Part shown: positions 25,721 to 38,630 of the stretch, in pieces | Position numbering within the stretch: position 1 is the stretch's first letter | Layout of the letters: each line of letters starts with the position of its first letter | Assembly: GCF_001194135.2 (NCBI RefSeq) | Contig: NC_068981.1 | Location: forward strand, 161,476,407 to 161,540,406 | Source: Octopus bimaculoides | Taxonomy: Eukaryota | Length of the DNA: 64,000 bases | Reading direction: 5' to 3' | Program-made: the position numbers and the translations under genes | Notes under the pieces: generated by a model | The model's input: only the letters and a program-made list of their open reading frames with translations | What the model was told of the DNA's origin: nothing | The model's database searches: none

Positions 25721-27384
25721 AGGGTACGCCACTGGCTGGTCTGTTGCAGGTAGTTTTCAGTTTTTGTTTTATTGCCAAGTAAAACTGAATTCAGCATTGC
25801 AACACAATAATTTACTCATCAATTTAATCCAATCCAGTGTTGTAGTTGCTTGTGAATCAGTTGTACTGGCAGAACATTAGTGAATTCAAACCATTGGACA
25901 TAATACAGTGAAGGTGACAGGATAAAGACTGCGAAGCCCTCCTCTGATTGTTTAATGCTATATACCAGTGTTTCTCTGCTGTGACCCATATACGATTTTG
26001 CGGGGTTAATGCAAGCAAAATAGTAAATTAGGGATCCACAGTAGTATATTTGCAAAGAATAAATTTTGTTTTAGATGAATTTATTGCAAGAAACAGCAAG
26101 ATTTCTTTCTCAAGTATTTTACATTGTTCAATCTACAGAAGTTAATGTGTGAAAAACTCAAGCTTATTTAATTGCTGTTCAGTTTAATCCCAGGTCAGGC
26201 TCAATCAAGTGAATCTATAGTATAGCCTTTTTCCATGATTCTCTTTTATATGGTGTACTATGATGTGAAAGTGGTTTAATGATTTCTTAAATCAAGGACT
26301 GCATAGCAATCTCTTGGTGGCTTGTGCAAAGCCCTGGAGTTAGAGGAAGCAGAAATGATCCCCACCAGCAGCAACAGAATTCAAAACCAGAAATGTAAAA
26401 TGTCAAACTGTATATTCTGAAGTATATGATTTAGCCTTTCTACCATCAAGGCTACCTACCAGTGCAGAAATTCACAGCACTGATAGAAATCTCCAGGTTT
26501 AAATCATCAATTTCTATATGTGGCCAAACTACAGAGAACAGTTGCCGAAGTAGTTAGTGTTCTCTGTTACACATACACACAGTGCAATACTGACCAAAGG
26601 TGTGTTCAAGCTAGCATCAATAAATAACAGCAGTGTCAACAGCAAGTGACAGTTTAATTATAGCTGGCACAACATAAGCTACAGACAGTTCTGTATAGTC
26701 TATACATACTGCTGTATGATCTACTTTCTATACTTAAAGGCAGTACACCACAGTTTGTCTTAACATGTGTGTGTGTGTGTGGTGGGGATCATCGCCATCA
26801 TTTAATGTCCATTTTCTATGCTGGCATGGGTTGGATGGTGTGACTGCAAGGCTGCACTGAGGCTGATGAAAAAACGTACCAGTCGAGCAGTGGAGGGGGG
26901 GGGGTCGATGTTATCCACTAGCCCTACCACAACCATATTTTTTATGGCTGGGTGCCTTTCCTAATGCCAGCCAACTTACAGTGTGTCTGGGTACTCTTTC
27001 TTTTGTACCACCTGCTCTACTGAGATCACCAGGGCAGAAAAGAATAGGAAAGAGAAAGGGAGGTGGCTTTATGCTAGATTTGTGTGTGCGCAAACCTAAG
27101 AAAATACACTAATTAATTACCGTATACAAAACCCAATATTATGTCAAATATGCACTCTTTAAGGTAAGCGCATGTGTGTGTGTGAGTGTATACATCAATC
27201 ACTCAAAACTGGTTTTATTGTCCATGTCGTGCCGTTTTATATCCAGTACTCCGATAAACAGATATCGATAAAAGTTAGACTGAAATAATAGCTGGGGTCT
27301 GTGTATATGATCGAATAAACAATTTAAGGTCATAATAGATACATACATACATATACACATATAAATAAATATATATACATTTCT

Positions 27385-27570
27385 TTTTGTTTCAGTCATT
27401 TGACTGTGGCCATGCTGGAGCACTGCCTTTAGTTGAGCAAATCGACCCAGGACTTATTCTTTGTAAGCCTAGTACTTATTCTATCAGTCTGTTTTGCCAA
27501 ACCACTAAGTTACGGGGACATATACACACCAGCATTGGTTGTCAAGCAATGTTGGTGGGGACAAACACAG

Positions 27571-27621
<51 letters not shown>

Positions 27622-27640
27622 ACGGGCTTCTTTCAATTTC
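27385..27640 (-). mobile_element. tRNA-derived SINE family B, 3' half, abutting the mariner
   Basis: tttcagtcatttgactgtggccatgctggagc...(TA)n...gggcttctttcaatttcc, then switches to mariner sequence. Confidence 0.85.
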
Positions 27641-28841
27641 CTTTTGTCATTTTATAGCCGTTACTTTTAGCTTACTTTAGAAGCAAATTGCACGTAATTT
27701 TGTTTGCAGTGTCAATTTTAACATGGAGGGCAAAACGAACATTTTCCCCATATTTCGCTTTTTTGTTTCCATAAAAGTAAGAAAGCTGCTGAGGCTCACA
27801 GAGAGATGTGAAGTTTATGGCGTTGATTGCTTAAGAGAACGCACATGTCAGGAAATGGTTTTAAAAAATTCCCTTCTGGAGATGTTTCACTCAAAGATGA
27901 CTAACGTTCTGGTTGACCTACTGAAGTTGATGATGACAGAGTCAAAGCCATAATTGAATCTGATTGTCATATATATAACTGTGCAAGAGATTGCAGAGAG
28001 GTTAAATGTATCACACACAACAACTGAAAATCACTTTAAAAAAAAATGTATTGGACTTGTTAAGAAGCTAGATATTTGGGTTCCACATAAATTGAAAGAT
28101 ATTCACTTAAAACAACAAATCAATATTTGCGATATGCATCTCAAATGCAATGAAACTGACCTTTTTTTTTTAATGGATCATCACTGGTGAGGAAAAATGG
28201 ATTGTCTACAATAACATCAACTGAAAACGATCATGGTCCAAGTGTAATGAACCAGCACATACCACATCGAAAGCTGAACTGCATCAAAAAAGGTCATGCT
28301 CTCAATTTGGTAGGAATACAAAGGTGTTGTGTATCTTGAGCTGCTTCCAAGGAACCAAATGCTCAGTTCAGATGTTTACTATAAAGAATTAATGAAACTA
28401 ACTGGAAGATGCAATCAATGAAAAATGGCCAGAATTGACAAACCATAAAGGAATCGTGTTCTACCATGACAACGCTAGACCACACACGTCTCTGCTAACT
28501 CATGAAAAATTTTTGGAGCATGGTTGGGAAGTGATGTCACATCTACCATATAGCCCTGACCTTGCACCATCAGATTACCATTTATTTCAAAGTTTGCAAA
28601 ATTCTTTGAATGGTAAAACTTTCAATAATGATGATGACCTGAAACTGCACTTGCTTCAGTTTTGGGCCAATAAGAACCAGAAGTTCTATGAGCATGGAAT
28701 CATGAAGTTGCCAGAAAGATGGCAAAAGGTCATAAAATAAAATGGAAAATATATGATTGATTAAAGTTCATTCCTTGAATGAAAAAAAAAAAAAGACTTA
28801 TTTCAAAATAAAAAAAACAAATTACTTTCTTGCCAGCCTAA
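27641..28841 (+). mobile_element. Near-full-length mariner DNA transposon; right TIR present, left TIR missing
   Basis: Right end attactttcttgccagcctaa|TA is a typical mariner terminus; transposase pseudogene inside. Confidence 0.95.
27723..28764 (+). pseudogene. Mariner (DD34D) transposase pseudogene with frameshifts and stops
   Basis: WVPHKL, ITGEEKWIVYNN, HDNARPH, YSPDLAPSDYHLF, KLPERWQKVI...NGKY motifs spread over ORFs 27723, 27954 and 28435. Confidence 0.95.
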
Positions 28842-29439
28842 TATATATATCACAATATTGAACCGTTAATCTCTGCACTTTTTCCCCTTAATCCTTTCTA
28901 TCAAAGAGCATAGGCTCAAAACGTAAAAGACTTTCTATTCTTCCCGAGTGTTAAACTAATACACCTGCTTGTTGTTCCTATACCTGTATTCGTCATTTGT
29001 TTTCTGTAAATTTGAACTATAAATATATAAGTTATGTTATTCGAATATAGTTATAAATTACACTGTCATCATGCAGCCACAATTCAGTATGACGTAAAGT
29101 CGTTAAAAATTGCATGACAAATACTAAGATATTTGATATCTTTTTATTCCCTGATAACATATGTAGAACAAGGGTACAACAGCAGACATTGTCCCACTTT
29201 AAGACAAAAGGTACTAGATCGTTATTAGCACGTTAGAATTTACAAGTATTTCAGATAAAAAGCTTGTAGCAACTGACTAGCAGTATTTATCTGTGTAAAA
29301 ATATCGTATATCCTTATCTAATGTATAATGAAGAGTTAGAGTAAGAATCAGCGTGAGAAATAAACATACACACACGCACGCATGTTTGGATTTGTTGCTA
29401 ATCAGCGAGGTCAATTTCAGGTTGGAAAATCCAAATCGA

Positions 29440-29645
29440 GATAGTCGGCGTGTCGGTCAAAATGCTTAGCAGTATTTCTTCCGGTTTTACGTACCGAGTT
29501 CAAATTCCGCCGAGGTCGACTTTGCCTTTAAAGTATCAGTCGAGCAGTGGAGAGAGGGGTCGATGTTATCGACTAGTCCTCCCCCACCACCACCACCCTA
29601 AAACAAAGATTTTAGGCCTTGTGCCTACAGTAGAAAAGATTATTA
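29440..29645 (+). mobile_element. tRNA-derived SINE family A, CpG-intact
   Basis: aaaatgcttagcagtatttc...gttcaaattccgccgaggtcgactttgcc...gtagaaaagattattatt. Confidence 0.85.
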
Positions 29646-31330
29646 TTCATTTTCCGATGGCACTATCAGCTTGGATTCAAAATCGTTGTTCAAGCTTGAA
29701 AAAAAAAAAAAAAATTAATGCCACGAAATGACATTTGATCAATCAAGTGGTAGAAATAACAACGCAAATCTAAGAACAATGATCATGTTTTTTTTTTTTA
29801 TGACGAACATAATATCGAGGTAAAATAATCGACTAAACATATTACAAACGGCTAAGACAAGATATATGTTACTGATTCTTCTCTTCCCATAAACTACGAA
29901 GAAAATAAAATACAAGCCAATTTGTGTAGGTGTTTTTGTTATCTGTTGGAGAAGCTAGCCAACTGGATCTGATTTGTAGCATGTTATTTTATTACTGTAG
30001 TTATTTTACTCGAGTTCATCTTGGCTGCTTCATACGTTTAACACCTTTCGCTTGCCAAGGCTTCTTCAAAGATCTTTTTTTTTTCTTTTTGTATTCCCTA
30101 TGGTATGAAGGAGGGGGTGAATTAACAAACGATTTAGCTACATGGAAAATGAGGGCAAAAAGCGAATCCAACGAGTCGGCCCTTGATAAGAAAGTACTCT
30201 GCTGCTGTTATTTGCTACAACTTTTTCTCTGAGAGAGAAGAAAGACAACATCAACATCACTCAGTCCACCAAATCAGAACACAATGGGGGAAAAACAATG
30301 ACTAGGTAAAGCACCCTTTGCCTGACGAGTGTATCACGAGATCAAACAGGACATATTTCTTTGGCGTTCAGACATCGTACGTGATGTAAATTCCCATCTT
30401 TTTTTTTTCAAACACTTGAGTAGTTTAAACATCTGGAACAAGGGCTAACGAAAAATTTGAAAACAAGTACGGATATTTAGTACAAACTTATGAAAATACT
30501 TTGGACAAGGCAAAGGGTTAAAACATCTGAAGTAACAAAGGGACTTCTACATGTTTGCTTAATCTGCTAGAAATAGCAGGCATAATTCCTTCAAATCACC
30601 CTAACCTGCTTAAAAATAGTAATAAAAGAAAAAAAAAAAACAGGACGCAATGGTAAGAAAAAGAGACGGTCACAAGTGGAATGTTTCTGATTGTAGGTCT
30701 ATTAGACTGCGGCTTCTCTAAATCTAAACAAGCTAAAACGTTAATCAAGGAAGAGCTGTCCGTTTGCTGTCTAAAATTATCTCGGCCACCTGTGGTTTTA
30801 AACAGTATTTGAATACAGGAAAAATACCCAATTAAACAATCCCTCGAGGGTTTGAGAGAGATGAAAGTGGAAGTAGAGGTCATAGTACTTGTTTTTCAAA
30901 CCTGTCCTGATCAAACAGACCTATGAATCAGACGTAGCCAGCCATGACCATCCCATCCTATTTTTTAATTATTTTTTGCAGACGGTATAACCAGAACCAT
31001 TGTCTTTTTTTTTTTATGACGGTAAAATGAGACTAGAGGGAGATTTGGCTGCTATTTCAAGCAGATCGAACGATTACATTGAGGTTCCTTCGTCTAGTAG
31101 TGAGAGTGTTGTTCGTTGTCACTGGAAGAGAATTAATGTATTAAGTGTATTTCCTGCCATATATATAATAACCGTGCCGAGTTAAAAAAAAAATTAAATA
31201 CTTTGCTTTTCATTCGTTTCCTATTACAGAACGATTACCCCTTTTTTGTAAGACGTGTTCTATTTCATTGTTCAGTCGATGCACTGAAAGACGGTCATAT
31301 CTGTAGCAAAGCCTTTTGATTACCGCTCAC

Positions 31331-31442
31331 CTGGGGTCGACAGCGACAACCGTCGAAGTGTAATATGAGTAAGCTATTGCTCTGATACATGGGTTTGAAT
31401 TCACAGAAGTTATTCCATCCATGTAACTTATTTTTTAAGTAT
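31331..31442 (-). CDS. Candidate internal coding exon xYLKNKLHGWNNFCEFKPMYQSNSLLILHFDGCRCRPQ (phase 2 to phase 0), product unknown
   Basis: Acceptor ttttgttttcctag|, donor CAG|gtgagc; only one frame is open from the acceptor; 13 of 37 codons end in C (hand count). Confidence 0.4.
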
Positions 31443-32051
31443 CTAGGAAAACAAAATATGTCAGAATATTTTACGTTGAGAATATAATTTCATGTAATAT
31501 AACATTATGGCAGACAAGTAAAAATTGTCTGCAGCAATAAGGTTGATAGACAGGTTATCAGTACAAAAGAAAATAAATGTTTATCATCTTCTCTGACGTC
31601 ATTCAATCATTCTAAAAAAAGAAAAACTAGACAAGGTTTGTTATATTTTTGTGGTGTTTTACAGTTGAATTTTTTCGACTTACACTTGACTCGCACTAAT
31701 TTTATCGACCCCACAATGAAGAAAAAGAAAAGCTGACCCTGGCAGAAATTGAACTGAAAACGTATGCTCTACCGATCCCGTCATCCACTACACTCGTCGT
31801 TGTTTTTAGCCCCAAGTCAGCCGAGGTCAAGCTGACCTGTTCAAGCCATCCATGACCGTCCCGTTTTTACAATGTTACCTCACACTGTAAAATTACTGTT
31901 TCTTTTTTGTTTTTTCTTTTTAAGACGGTAAATGAGCTACTATTTCGAACGAGTCGAACGACCATCACCTAGAAGCTTCCTCTTTTGGCTCGTCCACTAC
32001 CCGCATTGTATTTGGGGAGATTTGGCTGCTATTTCAAGCAGATCGAACGAC

Positions 32052-32586
32052 GGATCTTTTTTAAAACGGGGGCCACATTTTTCATTAATGTTTTACGTAG
32101 TGTTTTTGGTACCGAAAGACTTTCGAACTTCGTATACTTATCTATTTTGTGTTATAGAACAGAAAAATATTTTTGTATTCGAATTTATTTCATGTAAAAA
32201 ATTGTCTTATTTCGATAATTTCAACCAATCACTGACAAGTATTCAGTTGTTTACATTTACTCCTTTGGCTGATTAAGCCATAGCTTCGTTTTATTTGCTT
32301 TTTTCTTTTTAAATTTGCTGTTTTACCCTAACCCTATCACCGATAGAATTGTTTCAGAATCGTTTGTTTATGTAGTCGGCACTTAATGTATATCGGCTGA
32401 ATGGACGTCAGTGATTGGTTGAAATTACAGAAATACGACAACTTTAACATGGAATAACTTAGGGATTTCTTTTTTTTTAAAGAAGACTAAGAGAAAAAGA
32501 TGTTTTATATGACACATTCTACCAGTGTTCCAAGTTTCAAAGTGTTTCGTTAATGAAAAATGTGGCCCCCGTTTTAAAAAAGATCC
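32052..32586. mobile_element. 535-bp MITE with about 36-bp terminal inverted repeats
   Basis: ggatcttttttaaaacgggggccacatttttcattaa ... ttaatgaaaaatgtggcccccgttttaaaaagatcc; decayed subterminal symmetry; superfamily undetermined. Confidence 0.9.
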
Positions 32587-33998
32587 AATTAATGTATTAA
32601 GTATATTTCCTGCTATATAATAACCGTTAAATATTTTGGGGAAATGAGGTGGGTGTATCGATTAAATCAGTTGACCGGTATTGTTTTAACGACCCTGGTG
32701 ATAAACAGTCATAACTAAATACCGTAAGGACTGTTGTCTATGAACCGCCCTCACAATAAACACCAATGCAATAATTTGGTAGATTCCACAGCCTCCAGTT
32801 TTCCCCTACAAAACAGAATGGGATGAGGGCGCAAAATGCGTAATTTCAGATTTCTGGTTATTTTCTTCTAACCTGTTTGAAACTATTACGTTACTAGTAT
32901 TGCATCATCACTGCACTGTTGCATCGTCTTTGGGGAGTAAAAATTAGTCAGTATAGTTGTTGAAATTGAGAGGGTTTGAAACAAAATCAGCTGACAGGTA
33001 CTTATTTTTAGTGTTTAACAATCACAATTGTTTTCTCTATTGGATTCCAAGTCAGTTTTTTTTTTTTCAATCGGGGCAAAATGAGGAATAACTAATTTCA
33101 ATAATTTCATTTCTTTAACTATATGGTGCGTAAATATATCATGAAGAGAGTCACTGCAGCAGATTGTGAAGAAGTAATAAAGAATATTTTATAGTTTTTT
33201 TTTTTGATTTTGTTGAGTTTCGTTAATTTCACTTAATGTGCCATTTTTCAAGATTCTCTTTTTATTTGACCAAGATAATTAAAATTTTTGTTGCATTTCT
33301 GATCTTCTTGGTGTTTGACTAAAGATAGATATTGATGTGTACGAGTTTATTTTCAAATGAAATTCTGGTAAATTGAAGAAGCAAATTTACCATGCTTTGT
33401 CTTACTCATTTTGCCCCGTCTAAATTTGTCTTTAATATGCTCAAAGGGAACGGTATAATTTCCTGAAATAGTGTTCTGAATATGCGATAGCGTTTTAAAT
33501 GCATTTAGAGAAGGTCATATGTTTAGCTGATTAGTTTTTTTTTAAAGAAAGTGGACATTTGTAAAAAAAAAAAATATATATATATTTCTCCTCAAAATAA
33601 CCACAGAAAATATTACTCATTGTGCCTCCCCACAAGGCTACGAATTTGAAGAAAAAAATTGAGGCAATTATTTTCACTCATATAAATGGCATACAAAATA
33701 TTAATGTGAATTAGGTTTTGGTTGCTATGCAGTTAACACGTCGCAATAAAGTGAAAACGACAACAGTGAAATGCTATAATTCGATAAACACAGTTACAAA
33801 ATTAACTGTTTTCTGAATAGTTTCCATCTACCAAATTCCACCCACAAGGTAATGACCAATTTGAGGCTACACCAGAAGACAGTTGGCCAAAATCGAAACT
33901 GGAAACTTAACGCAGATGTATAATTAGAGCACTGTACTACGGCAATATTCGTCCGGAGTATCTCATATAGACATTCAGTGCATAGAAGTACTGAGATA

Positions 33999-34186
33999 TG
34001 GCGATCTTTCGGTACGAGTTCCTAATTATCGGCCTTTCCCGTAAAAAGTGTTGGAGAGAAACAGGGAAGCGACGTCATAACAGCGAAAGACATACAGAGA
34101 GCGCGATTTATTTTGAAGGGCTTAGAGTTAGGGTTAGGGTTTACGTTAGGGAATTCCGTCCCTAACGGTAACCCTAAAGATCGCCA
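33999..34186. mobile_element. 188-bp TA-flanked TIR element with internal TTAGGG repeats
   Basis: ta|tggcgatcttt ... aaagatcgcca|ta; internal ttagagttagggttagggtttacgttaggg. Confidence 0.7.
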
Positions 34187-34299
34187 TATATATATATATA
34201 TAATCAATCCAAACATGAACAAGCAAGAATAAAACAACAACGCGAGGACGTAGGACGTGGAATAAGTACAGTGTTATTGGACGCTCAGGAAAGGAAAGA

Positions 34300-34340
34300 G
34301 GATGTCACGTTTCGAGCGGAGCTCTTCATCAGAAATATAG
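34300..34340 (-). ncRNA. Second hammerhead-like core (degenerate), in a probable Penelope-type repeat tail
   Basis: Minus strand reads CTGATGA-a-gagc(tcc)gctc-GAAACGT; no valid cleavage nucleotide or helix I in this copy. Confidence 0.4.
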
Positions 34341-35548
34341 AAAAATTCCAAAGAAGGGAAGACGGAGAAAGAAAATCGCCAATGATATACACGCGGTCAC
34401 ATATTGAAATGATCGGAAGGGAAAGGGTGAAGAAAAAGTTCTTTTCAAAGACAGGAGAATGCAAGAGAAGGAGGTATGTGTGGGTATGTGCGTGTGCGCA
34501 AGTCTGTGTGTGTGTGTAATGATAGCGCGTATATGTGGTTGTGGTTGTTTATGTATGTGTGCGGTTGGACATAGTATCGTTTAAGGTCATGGGAAGATTT
34601 TTGGTATGAGTGGCTGCCTGTTGTGTACACACACAAGATGTCAATAAATAGTAATACAAAGAGTTCAGATAGGGGTATAATTTCCTGTCACGAAAAACCA
34701 CTTTTTATTTTGTTATAGTATTATCTATAAACTATAAAATGTCAGTAAAATTTTCGTCGGACACCAACGACCGAGTCATTGAGAATTAGACACACTCACA
34801 ATGAAAGTGAGATGGGGTGGCACGTATATCTTTTAACGTGTATTTGTCTGTCCAAATATCGATCGGTCGATTTATAATAGCTATTTATGTATATGTCGAT
34901 TTAATAATCGATTGAACAAACTGACAGAAAAATAAACAGATAGACGTATATAGTAGACAAACAAGAAATAGATATGCACTACCAGAAAACAGATTAACAA
35001 GTACAAACATAAGTAAAAAAAAAAATGTTGTTAGATAACAGCAGATAAGCGTGAGTGAACGAAAGAGAAGAGTGAGAGAAGCCATTGTGAGTGCTAAGTG
35101 GTTAAATGTAATCCAATACAACTTAAGTCGTCCGTTCATCGGTGGTTAAACCTGCGCTCACACTAGGGTTACCCGGTGTGTGCGTGGGGTTACAAATTTC
35201 TAACAGGTCAAAAACAAAGCTTGTCTAGAATCTATGTTCCACGACTATATACAACAATAGTATGCGGGTACACGAGATCGTGAAACAGCGCGTTGCTAAG
35301 CCGTCTTAGGCAGAACACCTTACCTACCTGCATTATCCTGCTAATTTGTTGGTGAGTCCAGGAAGACAAAGACTTGGGGAGTACATTCTGAGAGGCAAAC
35401 AAACTGTGGCGGCCAGCTTTCATTCAAGTTTCTGACGACAGAGTGAATTCCCGGCAGCTAGAAGGAGTCACTTTTGTCATTGGATTTCTCTCCTTCGAAG
35501 CAACGATTATCAATACTGAAAAATGCACATCCTAAACTCTACAATAGA

Positions 35549-35750
35549 TTAATTTTGCAGGTATCTTCTTTTGTAATATGGATCGTCGGTCTTGGATTTC
35601 AGAGAAAAGAGATTGTTGTTAGGACTGTCAGCGACGATGAAATGGAAACTGCCACGTCCGCGTAGTTTCTTCGCTCGTTTGGGCACACGGCAGGTGTAGC
35701 ATAGGGGGTACCAGTCGTGAACTTCCTCCGGTCACCCGCACGCCTGCATC
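35549..35750 (-). CDS. Candidate coding exon xMQACG(UGA)PEEVHDWYPLCYTCRVPKRAKKLRGRGSFHFIVADSPNNNLFSLKSKTDDPYYKRRYLQN*, product unknown
   Basis: Sharp AT-to-GC transition at acceptor aataacag|; 24 of 60 codons after the UGA end in C (hand count); phase matches exon 43930-43977. Confidence 0.4.
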
Positions 35751-37441
35751 CTGTTATTGTTGCACTTTAAAAAGTACAAAATCATGGAAAAAAGATGGAT
35801 TGCGATGCAGAGTCAACAAAGGATCCAGAAATGAACGAAAGAGATAAACTATCATCGAATGAACACTATCATCGAATGAACACATACACATACGGGGAGA
35901 AATGCAACAATTCTAATTCATATGTTGATTATAAGATGCATATATATATTACTAGATAAATAGGTACAAAATTACAAACAAAAGCAAATAGAGAAAGAGA
36001 AACGGACATAGACGGGCAGACGGAGTCAAACAGGCAAGATGGCTGCAACAGATATATCATACAAAATAACAATTGTTAAAAGAAATTAAACACAACAAAT
36101 GGCAAACTCATAAACGACGAAAGAAATGAAAAAAAACCCCCCAAAATAACAAAGAATTCAAGTTTGTCCATTATCTTTTTCGATGCTAAAATACATTTAT
36201 CTACGTTCCCTTGCTACAACGCTGACTGAACGAACAGGAGAAAACAGGTGCAGGTGGATATATTTGTAAACAAAGAAGGCTAGAAATTTTTCAAGACGAG
36301 GATATTCAATTAACCCTGCTAGGAGGGATATTCAATTAACCTGACCATATTAAAAGTCAAAGGACTTTTACCAAATTTTGATTCCGGCACTTTTATGTAT
36401 TGTATTTACTCGTGTAAAATGTGAGAAATTTAATACAAAGGCATCAAGATGCAAGATTAGTGGGTAGCACCATACTTGAGAGCAAAACATAAAATTTTTA
36501 AAAAAAAGAGAGAGAAAATACATTGATATTTAGATATATTGAAGATCACATTGCGCCTTGGAGTTTTGAAGAGCTGGCTTAGTCAAACCCATCAACTTCA
36601 ATACAGATACTTGTTTTGTCGACACTGAAAAGATGAAAAGCAAATTTGACCCCAGCGACATTTGATTTCATAGCGTGAAAAGCCGGAGCAAATAATGCAA
36701 AACATGTTTCTGACATAGGCACAAGGCCGGATATTTGGGAGGATGTCGTCCATTAAATCAACCGCAGCGCCTGACTGGGTCTTTATTTTATCGAATCTTG
36801 TGGGGTGAAAGGTGAAATCGACCTCAGCAAGACTTGGAATTAGAAGATCACCACAAGAAAATTAAGTAGACGTACGCTCTTTTCTTTCTTCACTTATGCG
36901 AAAATATACATATGCAACAGATATATAGATAGATAAACACATTAGATAGATAAGTATGCAGATAGAGTATACAGAGAAATATATTAGGACAGTGCGATGT
37001 GAAGGGAGAAAGACAGAGATGACATAATCGATAAGGACCAACAACAACAAGAGAAAAGTCAGCCATTCTTTATCTTGCCATTGGCATACGGCCGAGACAC
37101 TGGTCTTCAACGACCTAGTCTACCTGGTCAAAGCATAGACAACATAACTAATGGTTGTAAATATTGTAAACTTGTTATTTAACTCTTTTTTTGATCGAAC
37201 AGATATGATGGAAGCATTTCGGCAGTTAGGAATACATCATTAAGTGTCATTTCCTTGTTGAAGACGTGTGGTTTAACGAAGACATCGCTGCTATTACTTG
37301 TATTTCAAGAAACTTCTGTCTGTCTATGTAAATACGTTATTTGTTAGAACACATACGCATACATACACAAGTGCGTATCAGCATCTATATGTTAGCTTGT
37401 GTTTTTGTAAATGTATATAAAGATGTATAAATCATATATAA

Positions 37442-37608
37442 CTTGTTACGATCTCTACAGATTTTCTTTAGAAATTATAGTCAACACTGATTTTGTTACG
37501 ACGCTAACACAAGTAGAACACAGTGTATCTCGGATACGAAATACCGTAACAAAATCAGTGCTGGCTATAATTTTTAGATAGAAAATCTGTAGCGATAACC
37601 TTAACAAG
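37442..37608. repeat. 167-bp imperfect fold-back (about 60-bp arms, 44-nt loop)
   Basis: cttgttacgatctctacagattttc...acactgattttgttacg pairs with cgtaacaaaatcagtgc...gaaaatctgtagcgataaccttaacaag. Confidence 0.8.
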
Positions 37609-37704
37609 AGATGTAATAGCACTGCTAACACAGCAGAACATATTTTTTTACTTATAAAAACGTTTACTATACTTTGTGGTAGGTCATTAATAATCGTATT
37701 CTTT

Positions 37705-38150
37705 TATTTGTTTCAGTCATTTTGACTGAGGCCATGCTGGAGCACTGCATTTAGTCGAACAAATTGACCCCAGGACTTATTTTTTGTAAGCCTAGTACTT
37801 ATACTATCGATCTCTTTTGCCGAACCGGTAAGTGACGGGGACATAAACACACCAACTGAGATCAATAACGCTGATTGCGAAATATAGCAAGAGTGATATG
37901 GTGGGCAAGTGAGTCTATTTGGAGTGAATTCAATCCACTAGCTCTGCAATTGTCAAGTGGTGGTGGTGGACATATACACACAAACACACACACACACAAC
38001 AGGCTTCTTTCAGTTTCTCTCTACCAAATCCACTCACAAGGCTTTGGTTAGCTTGATGCTTTAGTAGACATTTGCCCAAGATATTTAGTAGAAGACATTT
38101 GCCTACGGTGGGACTGAACCAGGAATCACGTGATTGGGAAGCAGTGCTCT
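37705..38150 (-). mobile_element. tRNA-derived SINE family B, near full length
   Basis: Same consensus as the 63375-63875 and 19970-20318 copies. Confidence 0.85.
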
Positions 38151-38189
38151 GGGAGAAAATTGTTTAATATCTGTAGTGATTGAATCTTT

Positions 38190-38630
38190 TGAAGTTTTGA
38201 AAGAGATAAGATTGTCATGTTCTCATTAAAAGATTCTCTCAAGACAGAAGTACAGTCTGGCATAAAGTCTTTAGGTCATAGGTAAATTACATTTTTGGCC
38301 ATTAATGTACAGAAGAGATTGTCTGGAACATATTTCAAAATATTGGAGTCCAACAGCACACAGAATTGGGTCAAGAGGACTCTGTCAGCATTTGTTATAA
38401 TGATATGATCTGGCAGATCTTTCAATCCCCACCAAAAAATATGAAAAAAAAAATGTTGACTATAAGAAGGCAACTAGATAAGAGGATTACTGGCCAGATA
38501 TAGTCAAATGCTTTGCTGATGTCAATGTCAAATGCAACACCATTTGTCTTGCAGTCCTCAAAAATGAAGGATGCAGGAGAGCAAAGTTCTGTTAGATTTA
38601 GCTCTATGCTAGTGTTCACTGATACACACA
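38190..38630 (-). mobile_element. LINE reverse-transcriptase fragment (CR1/Jockey/I-like)
   Basis: AFDIDISKAFDYIW matches the LDxSKAFDxV RT motif; upstream LLDSNIL...PDNL region resembles LEKNNLLSDNQFGF. Confidence 0.65.

Noticed and set aside
35415-35480. ATGAC-initiated hairpin downstream of the UGA exon as a SECIS
   Set aside because: No unpaired AA at 11-12 nt and no 3' GA quartet; it does not fit SECIS consensus.
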